DNA of 64,000 nucleotides from a virus, in IMG/VR virus record IMGVR_UViG_3300021560_000013, positions 1 through 64,000 of that record; one strand, written 5' to 3'. Under the pieces are notes generated by a model. That model was not told the DNA's origin. It did no database searches and saw only the letters and a program-made list of their open reading frames with translations. This document shows positions 7,736-17,631 of the stretch, one piece after another (the stretch's first letter is position 1; each line of letters starts with the position of its first letter). The position numbers and the translations under genes were made by a program.

Positions 7736-8647
7736 ATGGGTCGCCGTACGAACGGCTACAAGCTTGAGCTTGGTATCGAGCGCATCACGCCGCTGATGGC
7801 GACGGAGATGCTGCTCGCCAACACGATCAACCGCAGCATCCGGCCCAGACGCGTCAGCCAGTACGCCCGCGACATGAAGGCGGGCAACTGGGTGCCGGTG
7901 GGCGAGCCGATCGCGATCTCCGACAAGGGCGACCTGCTGAACGGCCAGCACCGGCTGCACGCGGTGATCGAGGCGGACGTGGACGTGGACATCCCCGTGG
8001 CGCGCGGCGTCCCGGCGCAGCTGCAGGACTCGATGGACCGGGGGCTCAAGCGCACGTTCGGAGACGTGCTCAAGCTGCACTACGACGAGGTGAACGTCAC
8101 GATGCTCGCGGCGGCGGTCAAGCAGGTTCACCAGTACCGGGCGACCGGGATCATGGGCCGCACCGGCGGGCATCACCCGGCCACGAGCGCGACGAACGCC
8201 GAGTTGGTCTCGACCTACGAGGCCGAGCGCAACCTGCGCGAGTCGGTCACCGTCGTGCATCGTGTACGCAACGGCGGGCAGTGGTTCGCGCCGGGCCTGC
8301 TGATGTCGCTGCACTACCTGTTCAGCGAGGCCGACCCTGCTGAGGCCGACCCGTTCTTCGAGGCGTTCGCGACCGGCGAGGACCAGCGGCGCGGCTCCGC
8401 GATCCTGGCGCTGCGCAAGCTCGGCACGCGGCGTCCGATGGACTTCACCTCGCAGGCGCAGGCGGCGATCATCATCAAGGCGTTCAACTTCTGGCGAGCG
8501 GGCCGCGCGATCAACACCGGCAACCTGCGCTGGCGCGCCGGTGGATCCTCGCCCGAGCAGTTCCCGAAGATCCTCAGCCCGGACGAGATCGCTGACGGCC
8601 AGGTCGAGGTGGGCATCGAGGAAGTGGAGGAGCCGGTGGCAGTCTGA
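7736..8647 (+). CDS. ParB/Srx N-terminal-like domain protein
   Basis: NTINRSI...YARDM...PIAI...LLNGQHRLHAV motif. Confidence 0.7.
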   Translation: MGRRTNGYKLELGIERITPLMATEMLLANTINRSIRPRRVSQYARDMKAGNWVPVGEPIAISDKGDLLNGQHRLHAVIEADVDVDIPVARGVPAQLQDSMDRGLKRTFGDVLKLHYDEVNVTMLAAAVKQVHQYRATGIMGRTGGHHPATSATNAELVSTYEAERNLRESVTVVHRVRNGGQWFAPGLLMSLHYLFSEADPAEADPFFEAFATGEDQRRGSAILALRKLGTRRPMDFTSQAQAAIIIKAFNFWRAGRAINTGNLRWRAGGSSPEQFPKILSPDEIADGQVEVGIEEVEEPVAV

Positions 8648-8812
8648 GGGACGAACGCGACGCTGGTACGGAAGCCGAACCGCTGAGGCGACTACCTCAC
8701 CCGGCAAGTCCTCGGCTCAGTAGAGCACTACGGGCCAGCGTCGCGTTGGTCTCTCGGTCGGGACCAAAGGCGTATAGGCCGTTTGCGGGGAGACCCGTAA
8801 ACGGCCATACGC
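8646..8812 (+). other. Structured intergenic element: long stem, partial anti-leader sequence and GAGA-loop hairpin
   Basis: AACGCGACGCTGG 8654-8666 pairs with CCAGCGTCGCGTT 8735-8747; CTCTCGGTCGGG at 8751-8762; hairpin at 8770-8812. Confidence 0.55.
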
Positions 8813-8819
8813 TTCGAGA

Positions 8820-11702
8820 GTGTCCGTCACCGCACCTCCGTTCGCCCCGGCTCCCTCCCCGTTCCAGCAGGCCCCACCGCCGGGCGTTGCGGCCCCGCAG
8901 CAGCAGCCAGGGCAGGCCCCGCCGACCGGCGGGCGACCCTGGAACGCGCAGCTGCACCCGCGTGGCCGGGGTGGGAAGTGGATCGTCGCGCCGGGCGCTG
9001 GAACGGGCGCTGGCGGGCCTGATCAGACGACCATCCAGCTGCAGCAGCGACTGCAGCAGCTGGGCTACCAGATCCCGGCGGACGGCAAGATGGGGCCGCG
9101 CACACAGGCCGCTGTCAAGGCGTTCCAGGAGAAGTATGGGCTGAGCACCACCGGCGGCGTGGACGCCGCGACGATGGAGGTGATGCAGAACCCGCCGGAC
9201 CAGTCGCTCGCGCAGATCCAGGCCGCTAAGAAGGCCGCTGCCGCTGCGACCAGGGCAGCCAAGGGAACGTCCAAGAAGGTCAAGCGAGGCTCCCAGAAGG
9301 GCGCAGGTGCGCCCACGGGGGCCGCTGGCGCGCTCAAGGGCACGAACACGAACATCCAGGGGCCGGGGCATCTCGGGTCCGCCGATCTTCAGGCCGGGCG
9401 GGGCATGCAGTCCGGCCAGGGCGACCCCGCCGTGAAGAACCTCCAGATCGCGCTGAGCGCGGCGGGGATCAAGGTCAATGCCGACGGGCGCTTCGGCCCA
9501 CAGACGGAGGCAGCTGTGCGACGACTCCAGCAGCAACACGGGCTGACCGTGGACGGCATCGTCGGCCCCGAGACGAAGGGCCTGCTCGTCGGGCTGGAGA
9601 CCGGCAAGCAGACGGCGAAGGCTGCCGCCAAGGCCAAGACGACCACGACCAAGAAGAAGAAGGACCAGCCCGCCGTGCTCCGCACCCGGCAGCCGACTCC
9701 CCGGCACGGCAGCCGGACCGCCGGGAGCCGCATGAAGCTGACGCCGCCCAAGCCGAAGGCCGCGAAGCTCAAGTACTCGGCGTCCGGCCTGCCCGACCCG
9801 GATCTCGAAGAGACGACGAACGCGTACGGCTACGGCGGCGTGCGGTCACTCGCGATCAAGGACTACCGCTCGGAGGGCGAGCCGCTGGTCGATCAGGATC
9901 TCTGGACGCGCTTCCAGGCGCTCGCGGATCCGCCGGACGAGACGATCTCCGACTTCCGCTCCGAGGGCGACACGCCGTCCGCGCCGGGCGACGAGACGAT
10001 CAAGGACTACCGCTCCGAGTTGACGGCGGCGCTCACCGAAGCGATCGCAGCGCGCAAGGCGGCGCAGGGCGGTCGGGCGTTCGCGCGAGCCCGAGCCCGC
10101 GAGCAGCTGCTGCGCTCCAAGCTCCTCGAAGCCGGGGTGTACGAGGAGGCGAAGCACGCAAGGGGTAGAGGTGGCCGGTGGATCGAGATGCTGAACAAGC
10201 TCAAGAGTCTGCCGGTCAACAAGCCCCAGGAGATCCACGGCGTCCCGGCGATGCGGCTCTCGACCGGCCACTACGCCGCAGCTGTCCAGGGCACGATGGT
10301 TCACGACGCGAGCCCGGAGAAGATCGCGAAGGCGATCGACAAGCACGTCTCCCACAAGGAGGAGCTACAGGCCCACGGCGACAAGGCGATGGAGGGCCTG
10401 TCCACCGATGTCGCCCGGCACTTCACCCGCGAGCACGCGCTCGCCGGGGACGACGAGGGCTTCCCCGAGCGCCACGAGATGTGGCACCAGGTGTACGACA
10501 TGGACCCGAAGCGCTACGTCCGCGAAGTGTTCTCCCAGGAGATGACGCCCGAGCATCGCGCCGAGGCCGAGAAGATGCTCGCGGACGCCAAAACGCACGT
10601 CGGGCGCAAGCAGGCCGAGCCGTACTTCGACATGACCAAGCCGCACGAGTTGGTGCCGATCGAGAAGCTCCACCCGATCAAGCAGGACCCGTCCGAGCAC
10701 ATCGCGAAGGCGGCGCGCTACATGGACGAGGCGGCGCGCGGAGCCCGCTCGAAGCGCAAGCCGATCACCGGCATGCGCAACTCGGACGGCACCGTCACGA
10801 TCCTCGACGGCAAGGGCACGCTCCAGGCGTCGCGCGATCGCGGCCTAACGCACCTGCCGGTCGAGATCACTGACCGACCCGAATCAGTCGAGCTACACAA
10901 CGGCGAGAAGGTCAAGGTCCCGCAGTCGGACGCTCAGGGCGACCAGATCCGCCGCGACGCGCTGAAGTACAACTCGGACTACCCCGAGTCGCACGCGGGG
11001 ATCTTGAAGGGCCAGCCAGCGGTCCACGTCGCGATCAGCCCGAGCGGGCCGCACGGTTCGAGCACCAGGGGCTGGCGCGCGTCGATCCGCCCGGTCGTGA
11101 TCATGCCGGACGGCGGGCACGCCGCCGCCGGTGAGCCGACGGTCAAGCCGCTGCGCCGGTTCGACGGGCGGCGCTCAGGGATCGAGCACGCGCAGCGCGG
11201 CAAGAAGTACCTGGGGCTGAAGGACTCGCAGGTGCCGATCCACTTCCACGACACCGAGACCCGCAAGACCGTGGTGGACGAGCCGGGCAAGCGCGTGAGT
11301 ACGCGCCGCCGGGCAACGCTCGGCCAGGCCGAGGGCGAGAAGGCGGCGGCGACCCGAGCGGAGATCATGCGCAAGTCGCCCGGCGCTCAGGCCGAGCTTG
11401 CGCGCCACCAGGAGATTGCCCGAGGGGCGACGCAGGGGGACGCGAACGCGATCCCGAAGGCTACGAACCGTAAGGGTGCCCCGAAGACCGGTGGGCGCGG
11501 TGGACTGAGCACCAACTACTACAAGAAGGAAGACGGCAGCGTGATCGCGTTCGACGCTCCGAACACGGTCATCGCTCACCGGATGGCACGTAACCACACG
11601 CCGACTGGCAAGCTGCAACACCTGGGCTGGGCGTGGCGCTCGTCTAGCGGTGAGAAGCGCCTGAACGGTGGAGGTCAGATGGTGCCCGAGAAACCCCTGT
11701 AG
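8820..11702 (+). CDS. 960-aa mosaic head-region protein: two peptidoglycan-binding domains, HPRGRGG motifs and a ParB-like domain
   Basis: LQQRLQQLGY...DGKMGPRTQAAVKAFQ and LQIAL...DGRFGPQTEAAVRRLQ...DGIVGPET (PG_binding_1); PITG...TILDGKGT...GLTHLPV. Confidence 0.8.
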   Translation: MSVTAPPFAPAPSPFQQAPPPGVAAPQQQPGQAPPTGGRPWNAQLHPRGRGGKWIVAPGAGTGAGGPDQTTIQLQQRLQQLGYQIPADGKMGPRTQAAVKAFQEKYGLSTTGGVDAATMEVMQNPPDQSLAQIQAAKKAAAAATRAAKGTSKKVKRGSQKGAGAPTGAAGALKGTNTNIQGPGHLGSADLQAGRGMQSGQGDPAVKNLQIALSAAGIKVNADGRFGPQTEAAVRRLQQQHGLTVDGIVGPETKGLLVGLETGKQTAKAAAKAKTTTTKKKKDQPAVLRTRQPTPRHGSRTAGSRMKLTPPKPKAAKLKYSASGLPDPDLEETTNAYGYGGVRSLAIKDYRSEGEPLVDQDLWTRFQALADPPDETISDFRSEGDTPSAPGDETIKDYRSELTAALTEAIAARKAAQGGRAFARARAREQLLRSKLLEAGVYEEAKHARGRGGRWIEMLNKLKSLPVNKPQEIHGVPAMRLSTGHYAAAVQGTMVHDASPEKIAKAIDKHVSHKEELQAHGDKAMEGLSTDVARHFTREHALAGDDEGFPERHEMWHQVYDMDPKRYVREVFSQEMTPEHRAEAEKMLADAKTHVGRKQAEPYFDMTKPHELVPIEKLHPIKQDPSEHIAKAARYMDEAARGARSKRKPITGMRNSDGTVTILDGKGTLQASRDRGLTHLPVEITDRPESVELHNGEKVKVPQSDAQGDQIRRDALKYNSDYPESHAGILKGQPAVHVAISPSGPHGSSTRGWRASIRPVVIMPDGGHAAAGEPTVKPLRRFDGRRSGIEHAQRGKKYLGLKDSQVPIHFHDTETRKTVVDEPGKRVSTRRRATLGQAEGEKAAATRAEIMRKSPGAQAELARHQEIARGATQGDANAIPKATNRKGAPKTGGRGGLSTNYYKKEDGSVIAFDAPNTVIAHRMARNHTPTGKLQHLGWAWRSSSGEKRLNGGGQMVPEKPL

Positions 11703-11712
11703 GAGAGAAATC

Positions 11713-12051
11713 ATGACCCTGCTCGAAGACCGACTCCAGGAGGCCGTCGAGGCGCGCAAGACGGCTCCGAACTCGACCGCGTTCGTGCGTGCCCGTGCGC
11801 GCGAGACCGTGTTGCGCCGTCAGCTGGAGGAGCGCGAGTTCACCGCCCAGAAGCGCGAGAAGCTCGCGGCCAAGGGTCACGCGATGCCGCACGGCGGGTT
11901 CCCGATCGAGAACGCCGAGGATCTCTCCAACGCCGTCAAGGCGCTCGGGCGCGCGAAGAACCCCGACGCGGCGAAGGCGCACATCATCAAGCGCGCGAAG
12001 GCGCTCGGGCTCACCTCGAAGCTGCCGGACGGCTGGAACGTGGACAGCTGA
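11713..12051 (+). CDS. Head-associated small protein (RARARE module + DUF6582-like domain)
   Basis: RBS AGGAG; REKLAAKGHAMPHGGFPIEN...HIIKRAKALG resembles domains fused to actinophage head proteins. Confidence 0.7.
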   Translation: MTLLEDRLQEAVEARKTAPNSTAFVRARARETVLRRQLEEREFTAQKREKLAAKGHAMPHGGFPIENAEDLSNAVKALGRAKNPDAAKAHIIKRAKALGLTSKLPDGWNVDS

Positions 12052-12686
12052 TGTCGGCGCTCGCGGAGGGCTACCTGGAGTCCCAGCATCCGCGTGGACG
12101 CCGGGGCGAGTGGATCCCGTCGCCGGGCGCGAAGGTAAAGCTGCGCCAGCTGGGCTCGGGCGGCGGCGTGCTGAAGGTCATCAAGGCGGCGGCGGGCCTG
12201 GCGAACGTCGAGGACCGTCGCGGCCAGAAGCACACCTACGCGATCTCCGACCTGCAGCCGCTGCTGGGCTCACGCCTGGCGCTGGCCGAGGCGATCGACG
12301 CCCGGACGGACGCGAGGACATCGCTGGAGTTCGTTCACGCGCGAGCGCGCGAGCAGGTGCTCCGCGAGTGGCTCTACTGCGAGGAGCACGCCGAGGAGTG
12401 GCTGCAGGAGAGCGAGAAGACAGCTGGCTACTCGGTGACACACGCTCCGCTCGGGAAGCCCGGCGGTCCGGGCCTGTGGAAGCACAAGGGTCTGCAGCTG
12501 CCCGCCTATATCCAGAACGTGGCGCGCGGGATTATGAAGACGGGCAAGACGATGAGCGCGGCCATCGCCTCAGCCATCGCCGTCGTCAAGCGCTGGGCAG
12601 CTGGCGGCGGTCACGTCAGCCCCGAGGTGAAGGCCGCTGCTGCCAAGGCCGTGGCCGAATGGGAGAAGCTCAAGGCCACGCACTGA
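12051..12686 (+). CDS. Head-associated protein (HPRG motif, RARE module, C-terminal LPAYIQNVA...AVAEWE domain)
   Basis: TGATG coupling; shares motifs with neighbouring proteins. Confidence 0.7.
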   Translation: MSALAEGYLESQHPRGRRGEWIPSPGAKVKLRQLGSGGGVLKVIKAAAGLANVEDRRGQKHTYAISDLQPLLGSRLALAEAIDARTDARTSLEFVHARAREQVLREWLYCEEHAEEWLQESEKTAGYSVTHAPLGKPGGPGLWKHKGLQLPAYIQNVARGIMKTGKTMSAAIASAIAVVKRWAAGGGHVSPEVKAAAAKAVAEWEKLKATH

Positions 12687-12720
12687 GCGCCGGTTCGCTC
12701 ATTCCTCCCGGAATGACCTA

Positions 12721-12766
12721 GAGCGCACGTCATGTGCTAAGCTGGGTAGGCACCCGACCGAGGAGG
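12721..12766 (+). promoter_or_regulatory. Cassette-head element 7
   Basis: GAGCGCAC-GTC-ATGTGCTA + TAAGCT; CCCGACCGAGGAGG at 12753-12766. Confidence 0.85.
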
Positions 12767-12770
12767 AACA

Positions 12771-12926
12771 GTGAAGAAGAAACTGACCGACGAGCAGCTG
12801 GGCGTGCTCGTAAGCCGCGCCGAGGACATCGTGAGGAACAGCGGCATCACCACGCTGCCGATTGCGACCGATGCCGTCCGCGCGACCGTGCTGGCGACCC
12901 TGATCGACCAGGAGCGTGGAGCGTGA
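12771..12926 (+). CDS. 51-aa hypothetical protein (MKKKLTDEQLGVLVSRAEDIV...)
   Basis: Hand-translated; GTG follows the leader; not in the ORF track. Confidence 0.7.
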   Translation: MKKKLTDEQLGVLVSRAEDIVRNSGITTLPIATDAVRATVLATLIDQERGA

Positions 12927-13123
12927 GCTTCAAGCCTGAGGTGATCGCTGACGACAGTGGCAAGTTCGCGGGCAACAACCTGGCATTCGCGACCGAAGCC
13001 GAGGCCGAGGAGTGGGTCAAGGATCTGTCCTACCGCTGGGTTCTCGTGCGCGAGACGCGCGTGGTCGAGTCCGACCAGCCGGTCAACGCCCGGATGGTGG
13101 CGGGCCACCTGCAGATGACCTAG
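12923..13123 (+). CDS. Hypothetical protein (MSFKPEVIADDSGKFAGNNLAFATEAEA...)
   Basis: GTGA coupling. Confidence 0.7.
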   Translation: MSFKPEVIADDSGKFAGNNLAFATEAEAEEWVKDLSYRWVLVRETRVVESDQPVNARMVAGHLQMT

Positions 13124-13127
13124 CGCC

Positions 13128-13192
13128 TAGCGCACGACGTGTGCTATACTCTAAGCGGAGGCCGAGAGAGCCTCCACCCCCGACCGAGGAGA
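13128..13192 (+). promoter_or_regulatory. Cassette-head element 8
   Basis: TAGCGCAC-GAC-GTGTGCTA + TATACT; hairpin GGAGGC...GCCTCC; CCCGACCGAGGAGA at 13179-13192. Confidence 0.9.
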
Positions 13193-13196
13193 CGAA

Positions 13197-15014
13197 GTGA
13201 CCACACTGAAGCATGCTTACGAGCGCCAGCGCGCTGCTGATTTCGCTCGCGAGCAGGCTCACGAGGTCTACGAGCGGATCTACTGGGACCTGGAGCCACG
13301 CGCTCGGGGCACGGTGGACATCCACGAGCACCCTGACTACAAGGCCGCTGTCGCTGAGGCCGACCGGCTCACCGACGAGGTGGCCGGTCTTCGCGCGCAG
13401 GCTGGCGGGAAGGTGTTCCGGATCGTAGACACGAAGCTGGAAGAGCTTGCCACGCGGATCGAGAAGCTGAACAAGAAGGCGACCAAGCTCGGGACCGACC
13501 CGATCGTGCTGACCGTCTCCGACGAGCACGAGCAGGAAGTGACCCGCGAGCTTCCGCCCGGCTATGACCCGGCCACGACCCTGGACGACTGGGGCAAGGC
13601 TGGCGTCGAGCGCGTCACCGACTACACCTACATCACGGTCAACGGCGAGACGCCGATGGTGGCTGGGAAGTGGGTGTTCGTGGCAACGCTCGACCACGAG
13701 GCGGACGAGGGCGCTGACGAGAGCGTAGGCATCCGCCGGGCTCCGATCGGAGCGTTCACGGTGGCCCGGATCGGCCAGGAGGCGGCGGATGCCGTCGAGA
13801 AGGCCGACCTGACCGACTACCGTCACGCTCGCGCCGACTGCGATCACTGCGGCTGGAACCGCCGCCGGAAGCAGACCTACGTGCTCTACGAGACGGCCAC
13901 TGGCGAGCTTCGCCAGATTGGCTCGACCTGCTTGCGCGACTACACCGGGGCCAACAACCCCGAGCGCGTCGCGGCCTGGGCCGAGTGGCTTGAGGGCCTG
14001 TACGGCGACCTGGGCGGCGGCGAGTACGACGAGGACGCCGGTGGTGGCGGCGGTCGCATCGCGATGCGCCAGCGGGACTTCCTCGCGAACGTCGTCGCGG
14101 TGATGCACGAGAACGGGTGGGTGCCGCGCTGGTCCCGCTCGGACTACGGCGACAGCGAGCGCAACTACAACGCCACCGCCGACGTGGCCGAGTCGAACTA
14201 CTTCGAGCGCAAGCCGAAGTTCAAGGTCCCCGTCACCGACGAGGATTACGCCGAGGCCGACGCCGCGCTTGAGTGGGTTCGCGAGGATCTGGCCGAGCGT
14301 GACGACCTGGACGAGTTCCAGCACAACCTCGTGACCTACACCCGCTCCGACTACGTGCCGAAGAAGGGCTCCGGATTCGTGGCCTACACGATCATGGCCC
14401 GGCGGCGCGAGATCGAGGGGTTCATCAAGAAGGAGCGCGCCGAGAAGGTCAAGGCGACCAGCGAGTGGTTCGGTGAGGTGAAGTCCCGAGTGAAGGGCCT
14501 GACGTTCACTGTGACTTTCACCCGCGAGTTCGAGTCCCGCTTCGGTGTCACCACGCTGACGAAGGGGATCACTCCGGAGGGGAACTTGATCACCTGGTTC
14601 GGAGCCGGTGGCCTTGAGCAGGGCAAGACCTACACGATGGCCGCGACGATCAAGTCGCACGACCTGGACAAGTACGCGGACAACGCGAAGACCACGGTTA
14701 TCACCCGCCCCGCGAAGATCGAGGAGATCGACACCGAGAACGGCGAGGAGGCGGGCGAGATGGAGGTGACCGCTACCGCCGCCGAGCGCGAAACCGCGCG
14801 CCTGAAGCGGCTCGACCCGAAGGACGTGGACGAGCACCTGGACAGCGCGATCGCCTCCTACAACGACCTGACCAACACGATGGAGCGAGGCGTCAGCGGG
14901 TCCTGGGAGCGCGAGTACTACGCCGACCAGGAGCAGCGGCTGAAGCGGCTGATCCACCGGTTGGAGAACGACCAGCGAGCGCTGGCGGCGATGACAACAC
15001 GAGAGGAGCAGTGA
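13197..15014 (+). CDS. 605-aa protein with Zn-finger (CDHC...GSTC) and probable C-terminal OB-fold
   Basis: Motifs seen in the translation; the fold is inferred. Confidence 0.7.
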   Translation: MTTLKHAYERQRAADFAREQAHEVYERIYWDLEPRARGTVDIHEHPDYKAAVAEADRLTDEVAGLRAQAGGKVFRIVDTKLEELATRIEKLNKKATKLGTDPIVLTVSDEHEQEVTRELPPGYDPATTLDDWGKAGVERVTDYTYITVNGETPMVAGKWVFVATLDHEADEGADESVGIRRAPIGAFTVARIGQEAADAVEKADLTDYRHARADCDHCGWNRRRKQTYVLYETATGELRQIGSTCLRDYTGANNPERVAAWAEWLEGLYGDLGGGEYDEDAGGGGGRIAMRQRDFLANVVAVMHENGWVPRWSRSDYGDSERNYNATADVAESNYFERKPKFKVPVTDEDYAEADAALEWVREDLAERDDLDEFQHNLVTYTRSDYVPKKGSGFVAYTIMARRREIEGFIKKERAEKVKATSEWFGEVKSRVKGLTFTVTFTREFESRFGVTTLTKGITPEGNLITWFGAGGLEQGKTYTMAATIKSHDLDKYADNAKTTVITRPAKIEEIDTENGEEAGEMEVTATAAERETARLKRLDPKDVDEHLDSAIASYNDLTNTMERGVSGSWEREYYADQEQRLKRLIHRLENDQRALAAMTTREEQ

Positions 15015-15021
15015 TGGGTCC

Positions 15022-15258
15022 ATGACCACAGCAACGGAGACCATCACGGTGGGTCGAGTGACCTACACCGTGACCAGAACAGGAGAGGAGAACGTGCCGT
15101 ACGAGCTTCACGGTCCCCGTGGCGCGCACTACGGGCTGCTGCGCAACGTGCCCCGGCCCGAGCTTCTCTTCATGATCAACCTGAGGGGACCGCTCTCGCG
15201 GGGGACGCCCGACTACTGGTTCACCGACCGGTCGGGCAGATTGGAGTTCCTGCGATGA
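15022..15258 (+). CDS. Hypothetical protein
   Basis: ORF track; [16 protein letters not shown]. Confidence 0.65.
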   Translation: MTTATETITVGRVTYTVTRTGEENVPYELHGPRGAHYGLLRNVPRPELLFMINLRGPLSRGTPDYWFTDRSGRLEFLR

Positions 15259-16585
15259 GCGCCGAGGAGTTCAGGATGGGGCCGGATCTCCTGAACGAGA
15301 TCCTGGCCGAGGCCGAGGTGACCGGGATGCGCTTCACGAAGAAGCGCCGAGGGCCGCTGCGGCTCGACACAGACCTGCCCACCGCCGAGGTGATCGACAA
15401 GCTCGTGAGCGGGATGAGCCTGCTGTACGCAAAGCTGCTTGAGGCCCGCCGGGGCCAGGACGAGCAGGCGGCGTACGCCGTGACGTTCCAGGCGGTGCCG
15501 CCGCCGTTGATGCGCGTGGCGTTCACTCGCCACGCCAGCGTGCCGTCCGCCTGAAGCTCGGGGAAGTTCCCGACGACGGCAACGTCGAGCGTAATTGGCG
15601 CGACCGAGTAGCCGCCTGAGACGAGCTTCGTCCCAGACGGGCAGACGGCAAGCTCGGTCTTGTTCGCCTGCGGACTGTTGACCGAGACCGAGGTGGCGAC
15701 GGTAATGTTCGCCACGCCGGACGGGCCTTGCAGTCCCTGCGGTCCTGGCGGGCCTTGGGGTCCGGCAGGGCCTGTAGCTCCCTGTGCGCCCGTCTGGCCG
15801 GTCGGCCCGATGGGGCCTGCCGGTCCTACTGCCCCATCCGCCCCAGTGGCCCCAGTGGCCCCCTGCGCGCCCGTGGCTCCCGTTGCGCCGGTTGGGCCGG
15901 GGTCGCCCTGAGCGCCGGTTGCGCCGACCGCGCCCGCCGGGCCGGGGACGGTCGAGTCCGCCCCAGTAGCCCCGGTTGCGCCGGTCGCTCCGGTCGCTCC
16001 GACAGCGCCGGTCGCTCCGACAGCGCCCTGGGCACCGACTGCCCCAGTGTCCCCTGTCGCGCCCTGTGCGCCCACCTGGCCGGTTGCGCCGACCGCGCCG
16101 GTACTCCCGGCAGGCCCCACGCTTCCGGTCGCCCCAACGTCGCCCTGCGTGCCCACAGCACCCGTCGGTCCGGGCAGCCCGGCGAACCCCTGCGCACCGG
16201 TGCTCCCCGTGTCGCCCTTCTCACCCTTCGGCCCCGGAGGGCCAGGCGGCAGAAGCGCCGGGTTCGAGCCCGGCAGACCCGGAGCGCCGTCCTTGCCGTT
16301 CGCGCCCGGCACGCCCGGCAGGCCCTGCTTGCCCTGCATGTACAGGAACATGCTGTTCGACTTGCCGTTCGCCCGGCCCGCCGAGGTGTGCGCGCTCGAC
16401 GCGATGATGTTCACCGCCTTGGTCTGGTTGTGGGCAGTCCTCTGGGCCAGCAGCAGCGCAGCGCAGGTGAGCAGCGCCAGCACCCCGAGCACCAGCCACG
16501 TCCCGAGGAACCGCTTGCGCGAGTAGTTCAGCGTCTGCCGGGCGCTCGCCGCCAGGTCTTCGATCAGCTTCGCCGGGTCAGTCAT
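15221..16585 (-). CDS. Membrane-anchored collagen-like (Gly-X-Y) protein
   Basis: N-terminal TM segment, long GATGAxG repeat, C-terminal beta domain. Confidence 0.85.
   Translation of the reverse strand: MTDPAKLIEDLAASARQTLNYSRKRFLGTWLVLGVLALLTCAALLLAQRTAHNQTKAVNIIASSAHTSAGRANGKSNSMFLYMQGKQGLPGVPGANGKDGAPGLPGSNPALLPPGPPGPKGEKGDTGSTGAQGFAGLPGPTGAVGTQGDVGATGSVGPAGSTGAVGATGQVGAQGATGDTGAVGAQGAVGATGAVGATGATGATGATGADSTVPGPAGAVGATGAQGDPGPTGATGATGAQGATGATGADGAVGPAGPIGPTGQTGAQGATGPAGPQGPPGPQGLQGPSGVANITVATSVSVNSPQANKTELAVCPSGTKLVSGGYSVAPITLDVAVVGNFPELQADGTLAWRVNATRINGGGTAWNVTAYAACSSWPRRASSSFAYSRLIPLTSLSITSAVGRSVSSRSGPRRFFVKRIPVTSASARISFRRSGPILNSSALIAGTPICPTGR
15255..15554 (+). CDS. Hypothetical protein overlapped by the convergent collagen-like gene
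   Basis: ATGA coupling. Confidence 0.55.
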   Translation: MSAEEFRMGPDLLNEILAEAEVTGMRFTKKRRGPLRLDTDLPTAEVIDKLVSGMSLLYAKLLEARRGQDEQAAYAVTFQAVPPPLMRVAFTRHASVPSA

Positions 16586-16892
16586 CGTTCAGCCTCCTCA
16601 TCAACTCGTCGCGAGCCTCGCGCAACTCGCTGCGCAGCACCTCGACCTGCCCGTCCAGGCGGGCGTTGTCCTCGCGCAGCTTGTCGCGCTCCGCACGCAG
16701 ATGCTCGTTGCTCGTCCGTAGCTCCTCGTTCAGCCCGCGTAGCTCGGTGAACACAGTGTCCTGCTGGGCGAGGACCGCCGTGGTGTCCTCGCGCCGCCAG
16801 CGCAGCGCCGTGAAGATCAGCCCGGCGACACCGAGGACCCCGATCCCGAGCGTGACCAGCTGGGCGATGTCGATCACGGCGTAGACGAGCAC
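16578..16892 (-). CDS. Single-TM coiled-coil membrane protein
   Basis: GTG 7 nt after TAAGTT; TM segment followed by heptad repeats. Confidence 0.7.
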   Translation of the reverse strand: MLVYAVIDIAQLVTLGIGVLGVAGLIFTALRWRREDTTAVLAQQDTVFTELRGLNEELRTSNEHLRAERDKLREDNARLDGQVEVLRSELREARDELMRRLNDD

Positions 16893-16972
16893 TAGCAGGA
16901 ACTTACGGCTGCCCCTGGGGTCCGCAGGAATCCGAATCAGGCGGTCGCCCGGACCGCCCGTATGCTCTGGCT

Positions 16973-17629
16973 GTGTCCGAGATCGAGCGGCTGCTGGAGC
17001 GCGGTGCGGTCCTCCTGGAACCGAGCCCATGCCTGCCGACCGAGTACGGCAAACGCTGGCTCGATGACACCTGGACGGAGCTTGAGCGCCACCGTGGCGT
17101 GCTGCTCGACGTAGCGAAGCTGGCCGAGTACGAGGCCCAGATGTGGGACGAGATCGAGCGGATCCTCCGCGACGAGAACGCGCTCGTGGCGGCGATCTCC
17201 TCGGGTGTCTCGCAGTACGCGATGTCGCGGATCGTGGACCACCTGAACGGCAAGACGGCGTTCACGATGCCGACGGTGAGCGCGATGGCGCTCGGGATCG
17301 GCACCGCCCCCACGTCCACCTCGACCGGCGCGCTCGGCGCGAACGAGGCGAACTACACCGGCTACGGTCGGCAGTCGATCGCGGCGGCGGGCTGGAACGC
17401 CTCGACGGCGGCGACGCCGTCCGTCGGCACGAACGCGGGCATCATCACGTTCGGCGCGTGCAGCGCCGGGACGAGCACGCTGATCGGGTTCGTGATCGCG
17501 GACTCCGCGACGGTCAACGCGGGCAACGCGATCTGGTACGGCACGCTGACCAGCACCGTCATCTCGACCACCCAGACGCCGCCGACGATCGCCGCCGGGT
17601 CGCTGGCGGTGAGCATCACCGGGACCTGA
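16973..17629 (+). CDS. Virion structural / tail-fibre-associated beta protein
   Basis: EANYTGYGRQSI...TNAGIITF...GNAIWYGTL motif; leaderless TATGCT 6 nt upstream. Confidence 0.65.
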   Translation: MSEIERLLERGAVLLEPSPCLPTEYGKRWLDDTWTELERHRGVLLDVAKLAEYEAQMWDEIERILRDENALVAAISSGVSQYAMSRIVDHLNGKTAFTMPTVSAMALGIGTAPTSTSTGALGANEANYTGYGRQSIAAAGWNASTAATPSVGTNAGIITFGACSAGTSTLIGFVIADSATVNAGNAIWYGTLTSTVISTTQTPPTIAAGSLAVSITGT

Positions 17630-17631
17630 GC

